Source: an uncultured Oligoflexales bacterium (GTDB taxonomy: Bacteria > Bdellovibrionota_B > Oligoflexia > Oligoflexales > CAZZCU01). Taken from it: a stretch of DNA of 64,000 nucleotides. Positions 10,501-19,380 of this stretch are shown here, in pieces (within the stretch, counting starts at the first letter, position 1; each line of letters starts with the position of its first letter). Location: positions 208,167-272,166 of the forward strand of contig CAZZCU010000001.1 in the NCBI GenBank assembly GCA_964652825.1, read 5' to 3'. The notes under the pieces were generated by a model, which had not been told where the DNA came from, made no database searches, and saw only the letters and a program-made list of their open reading frames with translations. The position numbers and the translations under genes were made by a program.

Positions 10501-11161
10501 TCCATTGCAGCGCTTTTTCCATTTGCGACTGCAAGGTTTCCTGCTGCCGATTGATTTCGGCGACGATATCTTCCACTCGCGCGAGATTTTCTTGCGTGGC
10601 CTGGAGTTTTTTCAGTGCCTCGTCGCGCCGTACTTTATAGATAGCGGTGCCAGCAGCTTCTTCAAGAATATTGCGTACATCTTCCGGTTTCGCATTCAAG
10701 ATGCGATCAACTTGCCCCTGCTGGATCATGGAATAGCTGCGACCGCCAAGGCCGGTAATCGCAAAAAAACTAACGATGTCTTTCAGGCGACAGGGTTTGC
10801 GATTGATTAAGTACTCGCGTTCACCATCGACATACAGACGACGCGTTAGCGAAATTTCCGGCTCATGTTGATATTCAGGTGGACAAAATGGGCCTGGGTC
10901 GGTGTTGTCAAAAACCAAACTGACTTCCGCCATGGCCATGGCTTGGCGTTTTTCGGAACCGGCAAAAATGATGTCGGTGGCGACCTCGCCGCGCAGATAC
11001 TTGGCGTTTTGCTCACCCATCACCCAGCGAACTGCATCGATAACGTTGCTCTTACCCGAGCCGTTCGGACCGACGATGCCAGTAATATCCTTGTTAAAGG
11101 TTAGAACTGTTTTATCCGCGAACGACTTAAAGCCAGAGATGATGATTTTCTTAAGATACAT
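7508..11161 (-). CDS. smc: Chromosome segregation protein SMC
   Basis: 1217 aa. N-terminal Walker A GPNGSGKSN, long heptad-rich coiled coils with a central hinge, C-terminal signature LSGGEKALTA and Walker B FCFLDEVDAPLD. Confidence 0.95.
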   Translation of the reverse strand: MYLKKIIISGFKSFADKTVLTFNKDITGIVGPNGSGKSNVIDAVRWVMGEQNAKYLRGEVATDIIFAGSEKRQAMAMAEVSLVFDNTDPGPFCPPEYQHEPEISLTRRLYVDGEREYLINRKPCRLKDIVSFFAITGLGGRSYSMIQQGQVDRILNAKPEDVRNILEEAAGTAIYKVRRDEALKKLQATQENLARVEDIVAEINRQQETLQSQMEKALQWKELSDSLREKELNLLGQNYRHFDRQLKEIQNSLNQENTEEAEILGNLAHFESRQVELQEQLNESDPDLQALHEEISRLREEIVRAESTILNAQERVDSNKKRLADLATEIDADMSNLNAFEAQVDAAQSELDNAASEVTRLQEAVDGFQAEVDAVDESAQVFQNRVEDSEDELRNIDRLLESNGFRCEGIERDRQRNMRDKAQLEERVQALDTEIRGAQEDAAAAQETASKAQAGLGDDIAQKAALESENQQRAQQIQELTTRRDDLKEKYFGHKARITSLEELEASASDVAGALCKMREQDTQTDDVVLGLFADFVSIKKDIEELSPKAVAAFERWSERLLVNDLTALNETTKIAQRSAVGAVPVSILASHADSELDRIRSWAEQHDAQSMAPCLKITKAHDAIAALLGRLYYLPLLQLNTDDLTTIPRGAIVFTSQGLIVTDTAEVVITGTATKGILSRRSELEALNKELKIFENNLAEVQSEIDVYNQQTREAIDLISEIDTKLRHQNQDVLAVLAELQAANQLLEHKQELRDAAKIQLDTIEENERSLMKELEDLGQARISLGQERERIKEELEQIQSEFSNIEERREEMQRQAQSRQVELAKCEARAGALRQSFNQIKEQLDRLQNGLTRRYQDRSRLEQEIEDAAATEKRCTDEIEVNVKRREILENELASKREENASVIEEMRVVDQKLKTLREQQNAIQRQTAEKNLELERLRLAICNANDQAQEKYHLDLATLEVIEDPEFNSEKATKEVTKLRGKIENLGAINMMAIDEYNQLIERRNFIDAQRQEVVSSIGVLEQALAEVEETSKNKFMETFEIINLEFSQLFPILFPGGEARLELSNNEDPLNSGVEIMVRMPGKARQRMNLYSGGEKALTAISLIFALLKTKPTPFCFLDEVDAPLDEANVGRYNRVLDALSERFQFIVITHNRRTMEVLDTLYGVTMQEPGVSKIVGVDMNKDLPEHLKKAFKQEDAATRPIQGASSSAETTF

Positions 11162-11231
11162 CGCTTAAACGTTAAAACTCCGCGCTACGCCTATCGCTTT
11201 TATAGAGGCGACGATAACAAGCTATAAAATT

Positions 11232-12764
11232 CTATTCGATACGCTGTGTTTTACTTATACCAATACCCGGTGTAATCTCCAACAAGATAACGGCGTTACC
11301 GTAGAAGGAACCGGTGATGGCACGGCCCGAAGAATTCGCGGCGACCTGATAGAAAGACTCGGTGGCATCCACTCCCGTCAGCTCCGACACCCAAAATCCC
11401 TCATCGAGGACTTTGCCGACCAGGGAGAAATAGGTTTCGTTGCGGTTGAATCCCGATAAGTCTTTGAAATGATTAACTAACAAAGTTGGAGCACCGTTGA
11501 TCATCACGACTTCAAAGTCGCCCGGGTAGTGCTTACCATCGGCGTTAAGCTCGCCGCCGAAGCCGTAAACGCGCTCAAAGCTGAGAACGTCCGAAGTCCT
11601 TGGTACAGGAGAAGTTGCGGCAATATCACCGGTAATGGTGACGCGAATGATGTGATTGGCGTAGGGCGACGCCTTATTACCACGCTGAGAGATATAAAAA
11701 GCGTCGGCATTGGTCGGGTCAGGTTTCGCCTCCCCGATATTTGTTCGGTAGACGTGGCGATCGGTTTCCCAGTAGCCAGCGCCGGAATCCGGGTATCCAT
11801 CCTGGTTGACTGCGGTGAAGTACAGCCAACGCAGCTCGTTTTTAACGGTCGGATCTTTGGGACTAGTGGAGGTATCGCTTTTGCGGAAAGGAAACGGACC
11901 ACATTCCTCAAGCCCGCAATTGTCAGCGGGTACGGCTGCTTCGGAGGCGATATTATAGACGACGAACTGCCAGATTTGCCGTTGATTGAGACGGCGCTTG
12001 TTAATCGCGGCGGTCGACTGAAGTGAATCGGGGACTTCGTCGCCATTGTCGATAGGGGATGTTTGGCTAGTGGCTTCGTCGAAAGTTAAAACGTCGTCGT
12101 CTTCCAAATCACTGATAGGATCGTAACGTAGTTTGCTGGCCGTGGTGAAAACAAACAGCAGATTTCTTTTTGTATCCAGGTGCATCGCGCGCCGTGACCA
12201 GGTGTAATAAGGAGGGCCGCTGTTTGCGTACTGACGCACTAATTTCAAGCTGGATTCTTTGCGGTCATCAGCAAGTGTGCCGATAAATAGTCTGCCATCG
12301 ATGCAGTTCACTGCAAAGTACTTGTAATCCTTGCGCATCACGGTACTCCAGGGGGAGCAATCAAGATCCCAGGAGGTTTTAAGCGCGGGAGCTTTAGGGT
12401 CGGTAACATCAAACAGCATGACTTTGCCGCCCTCATTGTCCTCACTTGCATCGAAAGTGACGAGCATGTCGTTGCCGGCAACGCTCATGTTGCGGCCCAG
12501 ACGCGGTACAGCCACGGCACCGGCTTTGGTGCCATCGACGGCGATGGTTAGGATGGAGCCCTGGTTGTAGGTGCGATCAAAGTCGGCGTTGAGCACGAAA
12601 AAATACTGCTCGTCATCAGAAACAGCGACATCCGAAGGGCTTGCGACTTTCTCACCCAGCGGCGGGAACTTTTCCCCGCTTCTGCAGCCTGATGTTAGTG
12701 CCAACAGGCTTAGGAGGAGAAAATAAAATTTTTTTGAGGAAAAACTGCTATTTAAAGTGCCCAT
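11232..12764 (-). CDS. Hypothetical lipoprotein (possibly beta-propeller-like)
   Basis: Signal peptide plus lipobox LALTSGC. Beta-rich sequence with no catalytic motif I recognise. It is the only long ORF in this interval. Confidence 0.5.
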   Translation of the reverse strand: MGTLNSSFSSKKFYFLLLSLLALTSGCRSGEKFPPLGEKVASPSDVAVSDDEQYFFVLNADFDRTYNQGSILTIAVDGTKAGAVAVPRLGRNMSVAGNDMLVTFDASEDNEGGKVMLFDVTDPKAPALKTSWDLDCSPWSTVMRKDYKYFAVNCIDGRLFIGTLADDRKESSLKLVRQYANSGPPYYTWSRRAMHLDTKRNLLFVFTTASKLRYDPISDLEDDDVLTFDEATSQTSPIDNGDEVPDSLQSTAAINKRRLNQRQIWQFVVYNIASEAAVPADNCGLEECGPFPFRKSDTSTSPKDPTVKNELRWLYFTAVNQDGYPDSGAGYWETDRHVYRTNIGEAKPDPTNADAFYISQRGNKASPYANHIIRVTITGDIAATSPVPRTSDVLSFERVYGFGGELNADGKHYPGDFEVVMINGAPTLLVNHFKDLSGFNRNETYFSLVGKVLDEGFWVSELTGVDATESFYQVAANSSGRAITGSFYGNAVILLEITPGIGISKTQRIE

Positions 12765-12920
12765 GATCGACCTCGACTATACGTAGGCATACCATGTCAC
12801 TTAACGACCTGGCGGATCAATGGCAAATATTATGAGAGCTGCTTGCGATTAGCCTTGTTTGCAGCCCGATCCCTTGGCTATAAAGGTTCTTCCAATACTC
12901 AGCAGAGAGGAGTTAACAAA

Positions 12921-13385
12921 ATGGCATCCCTAAACCGCGTCATGGTTCTCGGTAATTTAGGTCAAGACCCAGAGCTACGCTACACCGCTAACCAAACCCC
13001 CGTTGTGACTTTAAATGTGGCAACGACGGATGTTCGTACCGACCGTGATGGACAAAAACAAGAATCGACCGAGTGGCATCGTATTGTCGTTTGGGGTAAG
13101 CAAGCCGAAAATTGCGCCAAGTATTTGGCAAAAGGCCGCTCGGTATTTGTTGAGGGTCGTTTGCAAACCAGAAGCTGGGACGACAAAACCGGTCAAAAAC
13201 GTTACACCACAGAAATCGTCGCGCAAAATGTGCAGTTCCTTGGCGGGGGCCGTGCCGGTGATTCGGTGGGCGCATCGCACAATAATGGTCAAGCGCAAGC
13301 ATCATCCAGCCACGATCCGATTCCAGACATCGGCTCGGGTTTTGGTGGACCGAGCACGCCAAGCCTTGACGATATTCCATTTTAA
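12921..13385 (+). CDS. ssb: Single-stranded DNA-binding protein
   Basis: OB-fold N-terminus [34 protein letters not shown], a Gly/Ser-rich linker and the acidic tail DDIPF. ATG at 12921 is preceded by AGAGAGGAG. The track ORF start at 12843 is an upstream extension. Confidence 0.93.
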   Translation: MASLNRVMVLGNLGQDPELRYTANQTPVVTLNVATTDVRTDRDGQKQESTEWHRIVVWGKQAENCAKYLAKGRSVFVEGRLQTRSWDDKTGQKRYTTEIVAQNVQFLGGGRAGDSVGASHNNGQAQASSSHDPIPDIGSGFGGPSTPSLDDIPF

Positions 13386-13410
13386 TTGATTGTCATTCTG
13401 AACGTAATGA

Positions 13411-13447
13411 GGGGGAAGGGTCGCAGTAATTTTGCGATGTTTCCCCT
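13411..13447. other. Two-tier stem-loop between convergent ssb and rlmH (non-canonical terminator)
   Basis: GGGGAA (13412-13417) pairs with TTCCCC (13441-13446), enclosing TCGCA/TGCGA. No clean T tract on either strand. Confidence 0.3.
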
Positions 13448-13460
13448 TCGGCGCGTTGAT

Positions 13461-13931
13461 TCAATGATGATACGGGTGACCTTTTATAATCGTTACTGCC
13501 CGGTAAAGTTGCTCCCAGACCGTTAACCACGCCAGATCACCTTGCAAAGTCAAGGGCGACAGACTCCATGTCCAAGTAGCCGCGCTCTTAAAAGTTTCGG
13601 AAAAACCAAAAGCGCCGCCAACCGCAAAATGCACGGTACCGACACGACTATCTTCATGCCACCCGCGGATTTTGCCGGCGAGATCCTCCGAGGTTACCAG
13701 TTTACCGTGTTCGTCTAGGCAAACCAAAACTTGCAGTTTCTGGGTACGGGCATTTTGGTCATGAATTTTTTTTAACAAATCCTGATAGCTGCTCTGAATG
13801 GTTTGATCATTGACCCGGAGAATGTTGGATTCAATGGGCAACAGAGTCTTTAGTCGCGTTTGATAGGTATTTACTAGTTGTGCGTAATGTTCACTCGCCG
13901 GCCTGCCAAATTTGTGCACGCAAAATTTCAT
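13461..13931 (-). CDS. rlmH: 23S rRNA (pseudouridine1915-N3)-methyltransferase RlmH (SPOUT)
   Basis: 156 aa. SPOUT-type C-terminus with GGAFGFS and terminal GHPYHH. Conserved position after rsfS. Confidence 0.85.
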   Translation of the reverse strand: MKFCVHKFGRPASEHYAQLVNTYQTRLKTLLPIESNILRVNDQTIQSSYQDLLKKIHDQNARTQKLQVLVCLDEHGKLVTSEDLAGKIRGWHEDSRVGTVHFAVGGAFGFSETFKSAATWTWSLSPLTLQGDLAWLTVWEQLYRAVTIIKGHPYHH

Positions 13932-13939
13932 CAGCCTGC

Positions 13940-14299
13940 TTATCCAAGTTTCAAATCAACGATCTTAGCTTTTGGCCACAATGTGTCGAGAGCATAGTAG
14001 TCGCGTACCTGACTAAAGAAGATATGTACAAGAATGCTGCCATAATCGAGCAAGATCCAGTGACCGCTTTGTTTGCCTTCGGCAGCTAGTGGCTTGATGC
14101 CCATTACCTGCGCGCAGCGCTCTTCTATGGCTTGAGCGATAGCTTTAGTCTGACGATCGTTTTCGGCGGAGCAAATAATTTGATACTCACATAGGTCAGA
14201 TACGCCTTTAAGATCTTGCACGACAAGCCGCGTGGCTTTTTTATCGAGGGCGCCCAAAGCGATGTTTTTGGCCAGGTCTAAAGAATTCAAATTCATCAC
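13940..14299 (-). CDS. rsfS: Ribosome silencing factor RsfS (iojap family)
   Basis: 119 aa. The pattern DLKGVSDLCEYQIICSAENDRQTKAIA ... WILLDYGSILVHIF is typical of RsfS. 4-nt overlap with nadD. Confidence 0.85.
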   Translation of the reverse strand: MMNLNSLDLAKNIALGALDKKATRLVVQDLKGVSDLCEYQIICSAENDRQTKAIAQAIEERCAQVMGIKPLAAEGKQSGHWILLDYGSILVHIFFSQVRDYYALDTLWPKAKIVDLKLG

Positions 14300-14982
14300 G
14301 CTTGCTCCGAATCAGCATATAAGTGTTGTCGTTGAATATACGTCATTACATTTGTATGCAACCAATCGTGTGGCAATACTTCTCCCGTGGCGATCGTCGA
14401 GCGAATTCTGCTACTGGCGGTGGCTGGTATTTTCGCATCAAGTATCTCCACGTGCATTTGCGTATTGTCGAGTTTAAGTTGATCGCGTAAATCGTTTACG
14501 ATCGAATGTGTGTTTGCTGGCGCTTCTTCGGTCAGCTGGCGACTAACGACAATTAAAGATGCCAACTGCAAGATAGCTTGTGGCTGATACCATAAGTGAA
14601 AGTCGCGCAACTGATCGGTGCCGAGCATGAGGCCCAGGTTTTTGTGCGGGTATTTCTCGTGCAAAACAGAAAGCGTCTTTATTGTGTAATTGGGCGTTGG
14701 GAGATCCTCTTCTATACGACAGATCTCAACGCTCCCATTGACGCCGAGATACTCAACAAAATTCAATTCGCACATTTCCACTCGCTGTTGGAACGTGGCC
14801 TTGGGGTGTTTCGTTGTTTGCTGAATGCTGGCGGGTGCCGCGCCCGGAGTAATTAAAATTTTTGCGCCAGGAAATTTTTGTAACGCTGTTCTGACACAGC
14901 CTAAATGACCAAGGTGCGGTGGATCGAAAGCCCCACCATACACGATTAAATCCACCGGGGTGTTTTGCTTATTGGTCGACAT
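14296..14982 (-). CDS. nadD: Nicotinate-nucleotide adenylyltransferase
   Basis: YGGAFDPPHLGH nucleotidyltransferase motif and SSRIR near the C-terminus. I prefer the ATG at 14982 (MSTNKQ...) to the track start at 15012. It still overlaps the obg 3' end. Confidence 0.85.
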   Translation of the reverse strand: MSTNKQNTPVDLIVYGGAFDPPHLGHLGCVRTALQKFPGAKILITPGAAPASIQQTTKHPKATFQQRVEMCELNFVEYLGVNGSVEICRIEEDLPTPNYTIKTLSVLHEKYPHKNLGLMLGTDQLRDFHLWYQPQAILQLASLIVVSRQLTEEAPANTHSIVNDLRDQLKLDNTQMHVEILDAKIPATASSRIRSTIATGEVLPHDWLHTNVMTYIQRQHLYADSEQA

Positions 14983-16105
14983 GAAGATACTTCTGCAATA
15001 GCGGATCTTCACATTTGGGTGTCATGAATTTATAGCTGCTGTCTATTTGTGGTAGCGTGGGTTCTTCCGGTGTTTGAGCATCGTCGAGAGTTTCTTCGGA
15101 TAAGACATCAAATAATCTTTGTTTGAGCGTGGTCAGCCCCATACCAGTCACCGCTGCGATTTCCAGTACTTCAAAACCAGTTTCGTGGAGCGAACTGCGG
15201 ATGGCGGTTAGACGTTCGTCATCAATCAGATCCAACTTGGTGAGTACGACTAAAGAGCGTTTGCCGACCAAGGTCGGACTAAATTGACCCAGTTCAAAGC
15301 GTAACTTAGCCAAAGCTTCGATGGCCTCTGGAGCGCCAGTGTCGGTGTGTGCATCAAGAACATACAAAATAATGCGCGTGCGTTCCAGGTGACGCAAAAA
15401 TTCTAGTCCTAAGCCTTTACCCTCGCTAGCGCCTTCGATCAGACCGGGGATATCCGCTACTACCAGAGAGCGCCCCCAACCACGCTCCTCATTAGGATGA
15501 TCGACGACGCCAAGCTGTGGCGTGAGTGTGGTAAACGGGTAGTCGGCGATTTTTGGTCGCGCTGAGCTGATACAACTCAACAGCGTCGATTTACCGGCAT
15601 TGGGAAACCCAGCTAAACCGATATCGGCCAACAATTTTAATTCCAAGTTAAGCGTCAATTCTTGTGCGGGTCCGCCGGGCGTATGTTCTTCGGGCGCCTG
15701 ATGGGTTGAGCTCAAGAAGCGCGCATTACCAAGTCCGCGCTTGCCGCCCTTGGCGATGAGTAAACGTTGATCACGATATAAAATTTCGCCCAGATGAGCT
15801 TGCGTCTCCATATCGACGGCCACGGTACCTAATGGAACCGGAATCAATAAATCATCGCCATCGGCGCCGGTTTTGTGAGCAGTACCACCCGACACGCCGT
15901 CGCCGGCACGATAGGTTTTGCGAAAACGCAGCGTGCTGAGCGTATTGAGTTGTGGATTGCCAACCAGATAGACATCGCCGCCAAAGCCGCCATCACCGCC
16001 ATCCGGGCCCATTTTGGGTTGGTTCTTGGCACGCATAAAGCTGACTTTGCCCGAGCCACCGGCTCCTGAGCGTACGCGGACTGTGGTTTTGTCGACAAAT
16101 TTCAC
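14969..16105 (-). CDS. obg: GTPase Obg/CgtA
   Basis: Obg fold MKFVDKTTVRVRSGAGGSG with Gly-rich repeats. G domain with GFPNAGKST, DIPGLIEGAS and TKLD. Confidence 0.95.
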   Translation of the reverse strand: MKFVDKTTVRVRSGAGGSGKVSFMRAKNQPKMGPDGGDGGFGGDVYLVGNPQLNTLSTLRFRKTYRAGDGVSGGTAHKTGADGDDLLIPVPLGTVAVDMETQAHLGEILYRDQRLLIAKGGKRGLGNARFLSSTHQAPEEHTPGGPAQELTLNLELKLLADIGLAGFPNAGKSTLLSCISSARPKIADYPFTTLTPQLGVVDHPNEERGWGRSLVVADIPGLIEGASEGKGLGLEFLRHLERTRIILYVLDAHTDTGAPEAIEALAKLRFELGQFSPTLVGKRSLVVLTKLDLIDDERLTAIRSSLHETGFEVLEIAAVTGMGLTTLKQRLFDVLSEETLDDAQTPEEPTLPQIDSSYKFMTPKCEDPLLQKYLHVDQ

Positions 16106-16120
16106 AAATCACCTTCGTGT

Positions 16121-16150
16121 AAACAAAAAGGGCGCAGCCAAAAACTACGC
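16121..16150 (-). terminator. Weak terminator/attenuator between rpmA and obg
   Basis: The minus strand reads GGGCG-13 nt-CGCCC followed by TTTTTG. The stem is short, hence low confidence. Confidence 0.35.
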
Positions 16151-16198
16151 CCCTAAAATCGCTAGTTCACTGATTAACAGTGAAGGTTGCTAAAGATC

Positions 16199-16459
16199 TT
16201 ACTCAGTCACAGGATCAACGCTGATGCGCTGACGTGTTTTTGAGTGTCTTTCGTATTTTACGGTTCCATCAATCAAAGCAAACAACGTGAAGTCACGGCC
16301 AGTACCGACATTGCGACCAGCATGGAAGGTACTGCCTACTTGGCGCACCAGAATCGAACCAGCAGTAACGCGGGTTCCGCCATAGACCTTAACGCCTCGG
16401 TACTGTGGGTTTGAGTCACGTCCGTTTTTACTACTACCGCCAGCTTTCTTGTGTGCCAT
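16199..16459 (-). CDS. rpmA: 50S ribosomal protein L27
   Basis: [28 protein letters not shown] is the canonical L27 N-terminus. Confidence 0.97.
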   Translation of the reverse strand: MAHKKAGGSSKNGRDSNPQYRGVKVYGGTRVTAGSILVRQVGSTFHAGRNVGTGRDFTLFALIDGTVKYERHSKTRQRISVDPVTE

Positions 16460-16472
16460 TGTCTTCTAACCC

Positions 16473-16784
16473 TCAGTTCGCCTTGATATCTTGAACTTCG
16501 ACAACCGTCTGTGGTTGGCGATGGCTGCTTGTTTTCTTGTAATTCTTACGGCGCTTGTATTTAAAAATGATGACTTTCGGTGCGCGCGTAACTTCTTTAA
16601 TCACCGCGGAAACTTTTGCGCCGCTGATAACCGGGGCACCAACAGTCGGTTTGTCACCGCCGAGCATTAATACTTGGTCGAAAATCACTTTGTCACCGAC
16701 TTTGCCAGCGGCATAATCCAGCGAGATAGTTTCGCCTTTAGCAACTTTATACTGACGAGCGCCGGCTTTAATCACCGCAAACAT
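16473..16784 (-). CDS. rplU: 50S ribosomal protein L21
   Basis: MFAVIKAGARQYKV... 103 aa, immediately upstream of rpmA. Confidence 0.95.
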   Translation of the reverse strand: MFAVIKAGARQYKVAKGETISLDYAAGKVGDKVIFDQVLMLGGDKPTVGAPVISGAKVSAVIKEVTRAPKVIIFKYKRRKNYKKTSSHRQPQTVVEVQDIKAN

Positions 16785-16829
16785 AGACAGAATCCTTTAT
16801 GACTGCCGCACCACTAAGCTTTGCGACCA

Positions 16830-16850
16830 TTTTATGGGGTCACCGAAGAG
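16830..16850. repeat. Copy 1 of an imperfect 21-nt direct repeat (TTTTATGGGGTCACCGAAGAG)
   Basis: Read directly. The partner copy lies at 16935-16955. Both sit in the rplU/fliK divergent spacer. Confidence 0.5.
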
Positions 16851-16934
16851 CCTGCGATGATTATCAATTGTGTATTTTTTGTCAACAGCATTTAAGAATA
16901 AAACAGCCACTGTTTCGCAGTTCCCATTAAAGTT

Positions 16935-16955
16935 TTTTTACGGGTGACCGAAGAG
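16935..16955. repeat. Copy 2 of the imperfect 21-nt direct repeat (TTTTTACGGGTGACCGAAGAG)
   Basis: Read directly. It shares GG(G)T(C/G)ACCGAAGAG with copy 1, and the two start 105 nt apart. Confidence 0.5.
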
Positions 16956-16977
16956 TACATATCAGCCTGCACTAGGA

Positions 16978-17006
16978 AAAAAACGCCGTCACTAGGCGCT
17001 TTTTCC
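16978..17006. terminator. A-run / short hairpin / T-run element in the rplU/fliK spacer
   Basis: AAAAAAACGCC-GTCACTA-GGCGCTTTTT. The stem is 4-5 bp (one G-U pair when read on the minus strand), flanked by A7 and T5. No upstream gene on either strand. Confidence 0.3.
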
Positions 17007-17061
17007 CCACCAAATCAGCTTGTCCCGCATCTAACCACCTATTTTTACTTCATTTAAACCG

Positions 17062-17080
17062 TGGCACGATCCCTGCTTAG
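17062..17080 (+). promoter_or_regulatory. Sigma54 (RpoN)-type -24/-12 promoter upstream of fliK-flgD
   Basis: TGGCACG-ATCC-CTGCTTAG compared with the consensus TGGCACG-N4-TTGCW. The GG/GC spacing is correct. The GC dinucleotide lies 45 nt upstream of the fliK ATG at 17121. Confidence 0.55.
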
Positions 17081-17120
17081 CTACAGCGACCCAAAGTGTA
17101 TTCAGTTGGTATGGAGCTAT

Positions 17121-19361
17121 ATGAGCAACGGGTTTTCGCCATTTGCAATGCTACAAAGTCGTGTTCAACCGGATGCGACCCAGATTGGCGTTCAGCCTGA
17201 TCAAAAGACCCCGCTGCCCGGGTCCAAGCCAGCGGCAGTCAAGCCCGGTAGTCCCGGCAGTTTAAGTTTCGCAGATACTTTAGCGGCCACCTCGTCCGCC
17301 GCCAGCCAACCTAAGCAGCCGGCAAAGGTAGCAGCGAAGACGCCTGACACCAGAAGCCAAGTTAATGAGACCATTAATCGCGCTACCAATAAAACCTCAG
17401 CTCCCAAAGCCTCGGACATCGAGAAATCGCTGGCCGACGTGCGCAAGTCGGAACCAGCAACGAACGCACGTCTTGGCAAAACCACCAAGGACGCGATCAC
17501 TGAGCCTTTGTCTCAATTGAATTCATTGCCAACGAGAGCGGATAGCGAGATGTCCGCACCGATCACTGGCCCGCTGAAAGAGCTGGCCGAAAGAGCGCGA
17601 AAAATTGTTGGCGATTCTCCAGTACTATCGTTCTTGAGCGGCGACTATGGACGGTTTGCTCCGGAAGAAATCAGTAGCTTTATTGCTGATAGTGAATTTC
17701 TTAACACGGCGTTGGAGCAGACCGACTTCCAGGCATTCTTAAATCAACCATTGCCGCTCGGTCAGATTCTTGCGGATTTGCAATTAAGCCCGCAGTTGAT
17801 TGATCAAATCAAGGCGCTCGGCCTGAACATGGATGAGTTGGCCACCTTGCGGCAGGTGTTTGAAGTCCTCGGCATGAATCCACAGAACGTGGCTACTGAG
17901 ATCGAAACGCTGCGTACCAATCTGCAAGTAGCTGGTACGTCGATGTATATGCGCAAAGCCGCAAAATCGCGAATGCAAGCCATCGAGCAGCCGATCGCGG
18001 CGGCGCAGAATCATACAATGACTAAAGCATCGCCGGAATTGCAAGAAGATGACTCGACGCTGAACGCGCCAGTGTTAACCAAGCGCGGCAAAACCATCGA
18101 TTCAGAAGAGATGGTTTCTGTGGCGACAGGTCTGACACCGCCAATCGTTCCAACAAATAATCCGAGTAAGAATTTAGTCGACTCTCCTGTCAACAATGCG
18201 CCGCTCCTCGAAACGCGCGGCATTATGGTTGAGAGTGAATCGACGGCACCAATGGCTGGTTTGGTCGCGGAAACCGCGGAGCTAACTTCAGTGATTATGC
18301 CTGAAGTTGCGTCTGATCAGGCGTCGTCGCCGATGGCTAAACTGGCGAGCAGCGATCCATTCGCAGCGCTCGATCAACGTTTGGCATCCACCGAAACAGC
18401 GGCTATGCCGGAAGCCGAACCGGTGGCGTCGGAGTTGATGGCGAACTTCGAGACTGCACCGGTTGCTAACGATGCTGCTCCTGCCGATTCTTCGGTTATG
18501 GCGATGTTGTCGCGTAATTATCTCAAACAAACACCCACACCTGTGGTGGATAATGTTAACGAAACTATCTTGCCATCAGATCAAGTGGTTTATGAATCAG
18601 CCGATCTTGGGATGAATGCTAATACCGCGCAGGAAGCTGGTGGCTTGCAAACGGTAGTTCCTAAAGAAGTTCAGCAGGCACGTCTTGAGATGCAAATGGA
18701 ACGACTTGCGCTTGGTCTGGATGCCAAGAGTCTGGGATCAGCTACAATGGGCGATCAACACGCACAGCCTGATCTTGGTCAAAGCGGTTCTGGCGCGGAA
18801 ACGTTTGATCAGTTCCATTTGAATCATTCTTTTGGCCAGGGCATTGCCACCAAGCCCGCATCTTCCGGTTCTTTCGCGACGCAGTTAACAACTCAGTCGC
18901 CACTGCCGGCCATGATGAAGCCGATTATTGAAAACGCTTCGATGATGTTGCATGAGGGCGGTGGCTCGATTCAGATTGATTTGGGCTCCGCGGAGCTTGG
19001 CGAACTTAAAGTTGCGCTTAGTCTCAAGGATCAACAACTTGATCTGCGAATTATCGCAAGTTCGCAGGCGGCTCGTGATTTGCTCAATCAAGAACTCCCT
19101 AAATTGCGTGATTCCCTGGCACAGCAGAATTTAACGCTTAATGATGTTCAAGTCGGTGTTGGTTCGGAGTCAGCACAGCAGCAATACGCCGGTGGCTTTG
19201 GTGACCGCCGCGATTCATTGCAACAGCATCAGGATATTTTTAATACATCCGCTATTGGTCGAGAAGGTGTCCGTAAATTTGCCGCACGTTCCACTTACGC
19301 GCCTATGGGTCGCATGAGCATGCGTGCGGGGCACACCGGCCAAATTCAAGTATCAGTCTAA
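17121..19361 (+). CDS. fliK: Flagellar hook-length control protein FliK
   Basis: C-terminal Flg_hook-type segment GGGSIQIDLGSAELGELKVALSLKDQQLDLRIIASSQAARDLL...LRDSLAQQNLTLNDVQV. Long Pro/Ala/Ser-rich N-terminal region. Directly upstream of flgD. ATG at 17121 with GGAG upstream; the track start at 17061 would include the promoter element. Confidence 0.75.
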   Translation: MSNGFSPFAMLQSRVQPDATQIGVQPDQKTPLPGSKPAAVKPGSPGSLSFADTLAATSSAASQPKQPAKVAAKTPDTRSQVNETINRATNKTSAPKASDIEKSLADVRKSEPATNARLGKTTKDAITEPLSQLNSLPTRADSEMSAPITGPLKELAERARKIVGDSPVLSFLSGDYGRFAPEEISSFIADSEFLNTALEQTDFQAFLNQPLPLGQILADLQLSPQLIDQIKALGLNMDELATLRQVFEVLGMNPQNVATEIETLRTNLQVAGTSMYMRKAAKSRMQAIEQPIAAAQNHTMTKASPELQEDDSTLNAPVLTKRGKTIDSEEMVSVATGLTPPIVPTNNPSKNLVDSPVNNAPLLETRGIMVESESTAPMAGLVAETAELTSVIMPEVASDQASSPMAKLASSDPFAALDQRLASTETAAMPEAEPVASELMANFETAPVANDAAPADSSVMAMLSRNYLKQTPTPVVDNVNETILPSDQVVYESADLGMNANTAQEAGGLQTVVPKEVQQARLEMQMERLALGLDAKSLGSATMGDQHAQPDLGQSGSGAETFDQFHLNHSFGQGIATKPASSGSFATQLTTQSPLPAMMKPIIENASMMLHEGGGSIQIDLGSAELGELKVALSLKDQQLDLRIIASSQAARDLLNQELPKLRDSLAQQNLTLNDVQVGVGSESAQQQYAGGFGDRRDSLQQHQDIFNTSAIGREGVRKFAARSTYAPMGRMSMRAGHTGQIQVSV

Positions 19362-19380
19362 CCTTCGCAAGGAACTGTAA

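Noticed and set aside
12843-12920. A 26-codon extension upstream of ssb.
   Set aside because: The SSB OB-fold begins at MASLNRV. The ATG at 12921 has a strong purine-rich RBS, and the extension has no SSB counterpart.
16169-16185. The hairpin TCACTG-ATTAA-CAGTGA just downstream of rpmA.
   Set aside because: It has a short AT-rich stem and no following T tract on the minus strand. This is not convincing as a terminator.
16860-16885. A sigma70-type promoter for rplU (minus strand TTGACA ... GATAAT).
   Set aside because: Both hexamers are good, but the spacer is only 14 nt by my count. It is not reported as a feature without TSS data.
17061-17120. A GTG start for fliK at 17061.
   Set aside because: It would place the sigma54-type -24/-12 element inside the coding region. 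The ATG at 17121 with an upstream GGAG is more plausible.
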